Below are positions 57,467 to 64,000 of a stretch of DNA of 64,000 nt, one piece after another. Position numbers and translations under genes: made by a program. Under the pieces are notes generated by a model, which saw only the letters and a program-made list of their open reading frames with translations, was not told the DNA's origin and did not search any database. Source of the stretch: a candidate division WWE3 bacterium RIFOXYB1_FULL_43_24 (GTDB lineage: Bacteria; Patescibacteriota; WWE3; UBA101185; UBA10185). Within the stretch, counting starts at the first letter, position 1, and every line of letters starts with the position of its first letter. The stretch spans positions 172-64,171 of the forward strand of contig MEVX01000003.1 in the NCBI GenBank assembly GCA_001773135.1, in the 5' to 3' direction.

Positions 57467-57835
57467 TTATTTAACCTTTTTACCTATCTGACTTAACCCA
57501 ACATAAATATGACTCGTTCTTTTTAAAATGGGGCTAAATCTTCCTTTTGCAACGAATTTTCCGCTTTTTTGAACAGGTCCTCCGCTAACCCAAAGCTCGG
57601 ATAAGACCAGATTTTCTTTTTCAAACTTGTTGTTATTCACGGCGTTCGCCTCGGCAGATTTTAACACCTTTAACACCAAAGCAGCAGCCTTAGTTCTATC
57701 AAAGGCAAGTATCAACTTGGCTTCTTCTACCGGTTTCCCTCTGACAAGATCCATCACCGGAGCAACCTTCTTAGGCGATATTCTTGCTTTCATGTGTTTT
57801 GCATATACTTCCGACTTGTTCATATTTTTATGCAA
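57467..57835 (-). CDS. rplV: 50S ribosomal protein L22
   Basis: Translation carries [28 protein letters not shown]. Confidence 0.85.
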   Translation of the reverse strand: MHKNMNKSEVYAKHMKARISPKKVAPVMDLVRGKPVEEAKLILAFDRTKAAALVLKVLKSAEANAVNNNKFEKENLVLSELWVSGGPVQKSGKFVAKGRFSPILKRTSHIYVGLSQIGKKVK

Positions 57836-58097
57836 CCTTCTTAGAAGAGTGGGCTCTAAATGTTCTCGTAGGTGAGAACTCTCCTAATTTATGACCCACC
57901 ATAGATTCAGTTACAAAAACAGGGATGTGTTTTTTGCCGTTGTGTACTTCGAATGTCAGCCCCACCATCTCTGGTACAATGGTTGATCTTCTTGCCCATG
58001 TTTTTATAGGAGTTCTTGCTCCGTTAGAAAGGGCTGTCTGTACCTTCTTCATTAATTTTTCGTCTGTATATATTCCTTTTTTTAATGACCTTGTCAT
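57828..58097 (-). CDS. rpsS: 30S ribosomal protein S19
   Basis: Translation carries [19 protein letters not shown]...[23 protein letters not shown]. Confidence 0.9.
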   Translation of the reverse strand: MTRSLKKGIYTDEKLMKKVQTALSNGARTPIKTWARRSTIVPEMVGLTFEVHNGKKHIPVFVTESMVGHKLGEFSPTRTFRAHSSKKVA

Positions 58098-58141
58098 AAT
58101 TTGTTCCTTTAAAAATCAGGGTAGCCTTGCTGACAAGCTGA

Positions 58142-58975
58142 CTACTTCCTCTTTTTCTCCCTTCTTTTAACTATGGTGTAATCAGTGTGGACACGCTTTC
58201 TGCTTTTTACACCCCTTGTTTTCCATCCCCAAGGAGATAGAGGTGCGGGTCGTCCGATACCTGTTGTACCGTATTTACCTGCGTGCGGGTGGTCCTTCTT
58301 CGGGTTTGCCATCGCAACACCACGAACGTGAGGTCTAAAGCCAAGGTATCTTTTCTTTCCGGCTCTACCTAACCGCACATTCCTGGTATCGGGATTGGAT
58401 AACGTACCGATAGAAGCGTAGCACTTTCCAAGTACCTTCTTCACCTCACCGCTCGGGAGCCTCAGATTAACATATGCTCCCTCTTTGGCCAATATCAGGG
58501 CTGAATTTCCTGCTCCTCTTGCCATAACGCCCCCCGCACCTATATTTACCTCTATGTTGTGCACGAACGTGCCCAAAGGTATGTTCTCTAAAGGCAACGC
58601 GTTACCGGGGTTAAGCTCGGCCTCGGGACCTGAAACAACCTCCATGCCTACCGCCAATCCTTCGGGAGCGAGAATGTATCTCTTTTCGCCGTCTACAAAG
58701 TTAAGAAGAGCTATATTTGAGCCTCTGTTGGGATCGTATTCGATAGAAGCTACTTTGGCGGGTACAAGCAGTTTATTTCTTTTAAAATCGATTATTCTAT
58801 ATCTCTTTTTTGTTCCTCTTTCTCTATATCTTGTGGCAATTCTCCCGCGGCTTCTCCCGGCAGGACCCTTCAACGGCGAGGTTAGAGCCTTTAAGGGCCT
58901 TTCCTTGCTCACCTCTCTAACTAGAGTTTTTCTTGTTCGCTGTCCTTGACTTGTAGGTTTATATCTTTTTAACAT
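58142..58975 (-). CDS. rplB: 50S ribosomal protein L2
   Basis: Translation carries MLKRYKPTSQGQRTRK... Confidence 0.9.
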   Translation of the reverse strand: MLKRYKPTSQGQRTRKTLVREVSKERPLKALTSPLKGPAGRSRGRIATRYRERGTKKRYRIIDFKRNKLLVPAKVASIEYDPNRGSNIALLNFVDGEKRYILAPEGLAVGMEVVSGPEAELNPGNALPLENIPLGTFVHNIEVNIGAGGVMARGAGNSALILAKEGAYVNLRLPSGEVKKVLGKCYASIGTLSNPDTRNVRLGRAGKKRYLGFRPHVRGVAMANPKKDHPHAGKYGTTGIGRPAPLSPWGWKTRGVKSRKRVHTDYTIVKRREKKRK

Positions 58976-58977
58976 GT

Positions 58978-59268
58978 TTACTCCTTCGGCATTATATCAA
59001 TTGTCTGGCCTTCTTTTAACTTTACTATGGCCTTTTTCCATTTAACTCTTCCTGAGAATCTTCTGGTTCCTGAAACTCTTCTTGGTTTTCCCGGCACGAC
59101 TATCGTTTTTACAGCGGTAATTTTGACTCCGTACATTTTTTCTATTTCCTTTGCTACAGATTCTTTATTGGCATCCATTGCAACCTTAAAAGAGTAGAAG
59201 CCGTTGGCCGCCTGGGCGTACGTCTTTTCGGTAACTATTGGTTTGTATATCAAATTGTTTAGTCTCAT
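58978..59268 (-). CDS. rplW: 50S ribosomal protein L23
   Basis: Translation carries YKPIVTEKTYAQAANGFYSFKV. Confidence 0.85.
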   Translation of the reverse strand: MRLNNLIYKPIVTEKTYAQAANGFYSFKVAMDANKESVAKEIEKMYGVKITAVKTIVVPGKPRRVSGTRRFSGRVKWKKAIVKLKEGQTIDIMPKE

Positions 59269-59888
59269 TTTTTAAACCTCTCGTTTATATCAAGTATGGC
59301 GTCTTTTTCAAATAGGACTGTCTTGGCCGAAATCAGATCGTAGGGATTCAAAGATCCGGCATAAGCAGCCCGTATATTAGTTAAGTTAGAGATGCTTTTC
59401 ATTACCTTCTCGTCTTTTTTATTCCAAACATAAAGTACGGAACCTTTGAGTCCGAGGGTCTTTACTGCAGTTGACATGGCTGACGTTGATATTTTGTCCA
59501 CACCAAAATCGTTAACTACAAAAAGCGAATCTGCGGCCTCTTTCAACGAAAGGGCAGATCTCATAGCTAATTTCTTCATTTTCTTAGGCAATTTCAACGT
59601 CCAATCCTTGGGAAGTGGGCCGTGTGTAACACCCCCGTGAACCCATATAGGGCTCCTTGAGGACCCTGCTCTTGCTCTGCCCGTACCTTTTTGTCTCCAG
59701 GGCTTCGCTCCGCCTCCGGCAACCTCTGCTTTATTCTTTACTTTTGAGGTCCCGGTTCTCTGGTTAGTTGTATAAACTCTTATGTACTGAACTAGTACGT
59801 TGTTGTTAGGTTCGGCTTTAAATACCTCATCGTGGAGGGTTATTTCTTCAACCTTATTACCTTTTTTATCTAACACTTGTTTTTTCAT
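59265..59888 (-). CDS. rplD: 50S ribosomal protein L4
   Basis: 207 aa in the conserved position. Translation carries GGGAKPWRQKGTGRARAGS. Confidence 0.85.
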   Translation of the reverse strand: MKKQVLDKKGNKVEEITLHDEVFKAEPNNNVLVQYIRVYTTNQRTGTSKVKNKAEVAGGGAKPWRQKGTGRARAGSSRSPIWVHGGVTHGPLPKDWTLKLPKKMKKLAMRSALSLKEAADSLFVVNDFGVDKISTSAMSTAVKTLGLKGSVLYVWNKKDEKVMKSISNLTNIRAAYAGSLNPYDLISAKTVLFEKDAILDINERFKK

Positions 59889-59890
59889 AT

Positions 59891-60319
59891 TTACTTTAAC
59901 TCGATCGTAATTTTTGAATTTCTCGCCCCAGGTACAGGACCTGAAACCATAAGTTGGTTTTGTTCTGGCATTACTTTTACGATTTTTAGACCTTTTATCG
60001 TCACTCTTTCCCCGCCCATTCTTCCTGCCATCTTCTTACCTTTTCTGACTCTTCCCGGTGTCTGGCTTCCGATAGAACCCGGAGCTCTGGGTTTTGTGCT
60101 TTGTCCGCCTGTCGCGGGCCCTCCTGAGAAGTGCCATCTCTTCATAACCCCGGCAAAACCCTTTCCTTTAGAAACTCCAACAATCTTCACATATTTATTT
60201 TCCATATCCGAAGTCAGATCCTCGTCAATTTTGCCGATTACCGTTACAGGAACAACTTTTCCCGTGTCGAGAAATATTTGGCTCATGTTTAGTTTTATTC
60301 CTTTTATCTTTTCAGTCAT
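59891..60319 (-). CDS. rplC: 50S ribosomal protein L3, unusually short at 142 aa
   Basis: Translation carries KGKGFAGVMKRWHF...QTPGRVRKGKKMAGRMGGERVTIKGLKIVKV. Roughly 60 residues present in the middle of the ~210-aa E. coli L3 are absent. Confidence 0.7.
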   Translation of the reverse strand: MTEKIKGIKLNMSQIFLDTGKVVPVTVIGKIDEDLTSDMENKYVKIVGVSKGKGFAGVMKRWHFSGGPATGGQSTKPRAPGSIGSQTPGRVRKGKKMAGRMGGERVTIKGLKIVKVMPEQNQLMVSGPVPGARNSKITIELK

Positions 60320-60339
60320 GGCAAAAAATTAGCGCCCAA

Positions 60340-60372
60340 GGGGCGCCCACTAATGTAACCCTTGTTATTAAT
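60340..60372 (-). promoter_or_regulatory. GC-rich stem-loop plus U-tract immediately upstream of the rplC start (terminator/attenuator-like)
   Basis: The minus strand reads gggcgccccttgggcgc then taattttttgcc then ATG. There is no SD-like sequence between the hairpin and the ATG. Confidence 0.35.
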
Positions 60373-60481
60373 TACTTTTGCCGGACAAACCGGCTATTTT
60401 TAAACGTTTCTTGCATTGAGCGACTTATATTACCCTAGATTACGGCAAAAATCCATACTTTTACCGCAACCGGTCCACAAC

Positions 60482-60802
60482 TTACATCTTCATCGTAATG
60501 CCAACACCGGCCGGCAAACTGAGCTTTGAAAGGCTCTCTACGGTCTGTGCTGTCGGATTCAAGACGTCTACCACTCTTTTGTGGGTTCTTAGCTCAAATT
60601 GTTCACGTGACCTCTTATCGATATGAGGGCCCCTGATTACCGTGAATTTCTCTATTCTGGTGGGAAGGGGCACCGGCCCTACTACCTTGGCTCCGGTCCT
60701 TATCGCCGTATCAACTATCTTTGAGCAGCTAAGATCTATGATCCTGCTGTCGTATGAATTGAGTTTTATTCTGATTTTTGTTTCTTTTTGAGCTTTAGCC
60801 AT
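60482..60802 (-). CDS. rpsJ: 30S ribosomal protein S10
   Basis: Translation carries [23 protein letters not shown]... Confidence 0.9.
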   Translation of the reverse strand: MAKAQKETKIRIKLNSYDSRIIDLSCSKIVDTAIRTGAKVVGPVPLPTRIEKFTVIRGPHIDKRSREQFELRTHKRVVDVLNPTAQTVESLSKLSLPAGVGITMKM

Positions 60803-60814
60803 TTTGTTTTACCG

Positions 60815-60838
60815 ATAGAACTGCCCCCTTTCGGGGGC
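60815..60838 (-). promoter_or_regulatory. Leader stem-loop with a GAAA tetraloop upstream of rpsJ
   Basis: The sequence is ctgcccccGAAAgggggcag, a 8-bp GC-rich stem. It lies 12 nt upstream of the rpsJ ATG. No U-run follows it. Confidence 0.4.
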
Positions 60839-60853
60839 AGTTGAAAAATCAAG

Positions 60854-62032
60854 TTATGCGTTTACTTTAGAGATAGCTCCTGCTCCTACAGTGTGGCCGC
60901 CTTCTCTTATAGCGAATCTCATACCGTCTTCGAGTGCAACCGGTGTAATGAGTTTAACTTTCATAGCTACCTTATCTCCTGGCATGACCATCTCGACACC
61001 TTCAGGGAGTACTATTTCGCCTGTAACGTCAGTGGTTCTGATATAGAACTGGGGTCTGTATCCGCTGAAGAAAGGTTTCTGTCTTCCACCCTCTTCCTTG
61101 GACAATATGTAAACCTCAGCATCAAAATCTGTGTGGGGTTTTGTGCTTCCGGGCTTGGCCAACACCTGACCTCTTTCCACATCAGTTCTCTCAATACCTC
61201 TAAGAAGTATGCCGACGTTATCTCCTGCGAGACCTTCCTGCATCTGCTTCTTGAACATTTCTACACCTGTAACTACCGATTTCTTTGTGTCCTTAATTCC
61301 GACAATTTCAATTTCTTCGTTGATCTTTACCTTGCCTCTTTCGATTCTTCCCGTAACGACAGTCCCTCTTCCCGAGATTGTAAATACGTCTTCAACGGGC
61401 ATTAGGAACGGTTTATCGAGTTCTCTTACCGGAGTAGGTATGAACGTATCAACTGCCTCCATAAGTTCCTCGATGCTTTTTATAGCTTCCGCGTCACCTT
61501 CCAAAGCTTTCATAGCGGATCCTTTAATTATTGGTGTGGTGTCCCCTGGGAATCCGTACTTGGTCAATAATTCTCTTACTTCGAGCTCAACGAGATCAAG
61601 AATCTCTTTGTCCTGTACCATATCCGTCTTATTCATGAAGACGACCATAGCAGGGACGTTAACTTGCTTAGCTAACAAAATATGCTCTCTTGTCTGAGGC
61701 ATCGGTCCATCAGGAGCGGAGACCACGAGTATTGCGCCGTCCATCTGAGCGGCACCGGTGATCATGTTCTTGATGTAGTCCGCGTGTCCGGGAGCATCGA
61801 TGTGAGCGTAGTGCCTCTTGTCGGTTTCATACTCAACGTGTGTGATGTTGATTGTGATACCTCGGGCCCTCTCTTCAGGAGCCTTATCGATGTTTTCGTA
61901 ACTTACAAACTGTGCCTGACCCTTGCCTGAAAGCACTTTTGTAATAGCTGCGGTCAATGTGGTTTTTCCATGGTCAACGTGACCAATGGTACCTATGTTT
62001 ACGTGTTCTTTATTTCTTACAAATTCGGCCAT
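60854..62032 (-). CDS. tuf: Elongation factor Tu
   Basis: Translation carries [34 protein letters not shown]. Confidence 0.95.
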   Translation of the reverse strand: MAEFVRNKEHVNIGTIGHVDHGKTTLTAAITKVLSGKGQAQFVSYENIDKAPEERARGITINITHVEYETDKRHYAHIDAPGHADYIKNMITGAAQMDGAILVVSAPDGPMPQTREHILLAKQVNVPAMVVFMNKTDMVQDKEILDLVELEVRELLTKYGFPGDTTPIIKGSAMKALEGDAEAIKSIEELMEAVDTFIPTPVRELDKPFLMPVEDVFTISGRGTVVTGRIERGKVKINEEIEIVGIKDTKKSVVTGVEMFKKQMQEGLAGDNVGILLRGIERTDVERGQVLAKPGSTKPHTDFDAEVYILSKEEGGRQKPFFSGYRPQFYIRTTDVTGEIVLPEGVEMVMPGDKVAMKVKLITPVALEDGMRFAIREGGHTVGAGAISKVNA

Positions 62033-62152
62033 GTTAAATTAACTATCCTTTCAAAATTATATAAATTAATACTTTAAGATATTCAGACTAATTCGACAAC
62101 TGCTAGTTAACCAGATTAATACCTAAAAATCAAGCGTTTTCAGGGGAAAAAC

Positions 62153-64000
62153 CTATCTCCTGCCTGTCTTGACCAATTCGGGTAAGATGCTGGACGGAAC
62201 CTCCTCGTAATGACTCGGCTCCATCGCAAAAGAGGCTCTTCCTTGCGTTAAACCTCTTAACTCCGTTGCATACCCGAACATCTCGGCCAAAGGTGCCGTA
62301 CAGGTTATAACACGGGCGTTTCCACGCTGCTCGGTGCTCTCAATCTTGCCTCTTTTTGAGGACAGGTTGCCGATAACATCCCCCATAAACTCATCCGGTG
62401 TAACAACTTCAATTTTCATTATAGGCTCGATTATGAAAGAGTCGGCGGTTCTCTGTGCGTCCCTCATTGCTTCTATTGCTGCCATCTTAAATGCCATTTC
62501 CGAAGAGTCGACTTCGTGGAAGGATCCGTCATGAAGTGTAACCCTGATGTCTACTAACGGGTATCCCGCCAGTATTCCGCTTTCAACAGCTTCCTTTACT
62601 CCTTTTTCAACTGCCGGAACATATTCCCTTGGTATAGAGCCGCCAACTAGCTTATCTACGAATTCCAAACCCTTTCCCCGTTCCAGGGGTTCGACCTTAA
62701 CAACAACGTGACCATATTGCCCACGTCCGCCTGATTGACGTATGTATTTGCCTTCGATATCGACAGTTTTTCTAATAGTTTCTCTGTAAGCAACCTGGGG
62801 TTTACCGGTGTTGACCTCAACACCGAACTCTCTTTTCATACGGTCAACAATTATTTCAAGGTGAAGTTCTCCCATTCCGTATAAAACACCTTGTCCGGTT
62901 TCTTCGTTTGTTTTTATTTTTAAGGTCGGGTCTTCTTCCAAAAACTTCTTGATGGCGACCGACATTTTATCTCTGTCCGCTTTTGACTTGGGCTCCAGTA
63001 CTAATCCGATAACCGGTTCTGCAAAACTAATAGATTCCAAAACGATCGGATACTCTTCGCTGCACAAAGTATCTCCTGTTACAGCGTCAAGTCCTACGGC
63101 AGCACAAATTTCACCGGCTTTTATTTCATGTAACTCTTCCCGGTGGTTCGCGTGCATCAAAAGAATACGTCCGATTCTTTCTTTCTTGTCTTTAGTTGAA
63201 TTATAAATATAAGAACCTGCGGTAATTTTTCCGGAATAAATTCTAAGGTAGGTCAATCTACCCACATAAGAGTCGGTTTGAACTTTAAATGCAAGAGCAA
63301 CAAAAGGCCCGTTTTCGTCATGGGCAAGATGCATTTTTTCTCCGGTTTTCTGATCAAAACCTTCCGTTTCCGGCGTATCTGAAGGAGAAGGAAGATAGGA
63401 AACAACCCCATCCAACAGTTTTTGAATTCCTATATTTGATAAGGAAGCTCCACAAAACACGGGATACATTTTAGTTTGAACGGTTAGTTTTCTTATTCCG
63501 GATTTTATTTCCTCAACACTCAGTTCTTCTCCGTTCAAATATTTTTCTATAAGTGAGTCGTCGCTCTCTGCAACTTTTTCAACCAGCTTCTGTCTGAACT
63601 CTTCTACCTTTTGTTTCATATCTTCCGGAATTTCAACTTCGATGATATTTTCTCCGAGATTTCCCTCGAATTTATAAGCTTTTCTTTCAATCAAATCTAT
63701 GACCGCATTAAATTCGTTCTCTATTCCGATTGGAAGTTGTACTGCAACAGCATTGGGTGCTAGTTTTTCATAAACTGAACCGACGGACATATAAAAATCT
63801 CCGCCTATCTTGTCTAATTTATTTACAAAAAATATTAAAGGAACATGGTATTTTTGAGCCTGCCTGAAAACAGTTTCTGATTGAGGCTCGACGCCCTGTG
63901 AACCATCCAAAATAATAACGCCTCCATCAAGAACTCTTAGTGATCTTTCAACCTCAGCTGTAAAGTCAACGTGACCGGGGGTATCGATAATATTTATTCT
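62153..64000 (-). CDS. fusA: Elongation factor G, 5'-partial (continues beyond the window end)
   Basis: The frame is open to base 64000. The final codons translate as ...INIIDTPGHVDFTAEVERSLRVLDGGVIILDGSQGVEPQ, which is the G domain. The ORF-track start is an internal TTG. Confidence 0.9.
   Translation of the reverse strand, partial: RINIIDTPGHVDFTAEVERSLRVLDGGVIILDGSQGVEPQSETVFRQAQKYHVPLIFFVNKLDKIGGDFYMSVGSVYEKLAPNAVAVQLPIGIENEFNAVIDLIERKAYKFEGNLGENIIEVEIPEDMKQKVEEFRQKLVEKVAESDDSLIEKYLNGEELSVEEIKSGIRKLTVQTKMYPVFCGASLSNIGIQKLLDGVVSYLPSPSDTPETEGFDQKTGEKMHLAHDENGPFVALAFKVQTDSYVGRLTYLRIYSGKITAGSYIYNSTKDKKERIGRILLMHANHREELHEIKAGEICAAVGLDAVTGDTLCSEEYPIVLESISFAEPVIGLVLEPKSKADRDKMSVAIKKFLEEDPTLKIKTNEETGQGVLYGMGELHLEIIVDRMKREFGVEVNTGKPQVAYRETIRKTVDIEGKYIRQSGGRGQYGHVVVKVEPLERGKGLEFVDKLVGGSIPREYVPAVEKGVKEAVESGILAGYPLVDIRVTLHDGSFHEVDSSEMAFKMAAIEAMRDAQRTADSFIIEPIMKIEVVTPDEFMGDVIGNLSSKRGKIESTEQRGNARVITCTAPLAEMFGYATELRGLTQGRASFAMEPSHYEEVPSSILPELVKTGRR

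Noticed and set aside
60320-60481. Possible tRNA or small RNA gene in the 162-nt rpsJ-rplC spacer
   Set aside because: No cloverleaf can be drawn. There is no GTTC/T-loop-like motif and no acceptor-stem pairing. It is treated as a regulatory or structured spacer instead.
60815-60838. Hairpin downstream of tuf as a rho-independent terminator
   Set aside because: The stem is strong, but no U-tract follows on the transcribed strand. It is more likely an rpsJ leader structure.
53732-61697. Multiple plus-strand ORFs of 100-170 aa (for example 53732..54172, 55355..55846, 59877..60332, 60893..61405, 61209..61697)
   Set aside because: They are antisense to highly conserved ribosomal protein and EF-Tu genes. 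Their composition is low-complexity and Ser/Leu/Phe-rich, typical of shadow ORFs.
62033-62152. Specific promoter hexamers in the AT-rich fusA-tuf spacer
   Set aside because: The region is so AT-rich that many hexamer pairs fit a loose consensus. None stood out, so no promoter is called.
1-64000. CRISPR arrays, IS elements, integrases, rRNA genes
   Set aside because: No regularly spaced direct repeats, transposase- or integrase-like translations, or rRNA-like sequence were seen anywhere in the window.

Overview
This window is low-GC and nearly all coding, and splits into two parts. Positions 1-48.8 kb form a very large surface-glycan / glycoconjugate biosynthesis island, almost entirely on the minus strand. 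It holds about 9 large polytopic GT-C-like (ArnT/PMT-like) membrane proteins, about 8 GT4 and about 7 GT2 glycosyltransferases, 3 MOP-family flippases, 4 class-I SAM methyltransferase domains in 3 genes, a UDP-glucose 6-dehydrogenase, and a B12-binding radical SAM enzyme with an adjacent ferredoxin. A compositionally distinct, plus-strand island of nine strongly SD-led small ORFs (23.8-26.4 kb) interrupts this cluster. It contains four paralog pairs and two near-identical intrinsic terminators. Positions 49-64 kb carry a CAP-domain protein, adk, a ybaB-like gene, secY and the spc-S10-str ribosomal protein operons through tuf and a 5'-partial fusA, all on the minus strand. Three features of the ribosomal region are consistent with a Patescibacteria/CPR-like genome: no L30 gene between rpsE and rplO, an unusually short L3, and the operon ending after adk. 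That lineage assignment is inference. No rRNA, tRNA, CRISPR array, integrase or transposase was recognised. All calls come from reading the translations and the nucleotide sequence by eye. No database search or computation was run, so family assignments rest on remembered motifs and should be confirmed with HMM searches.
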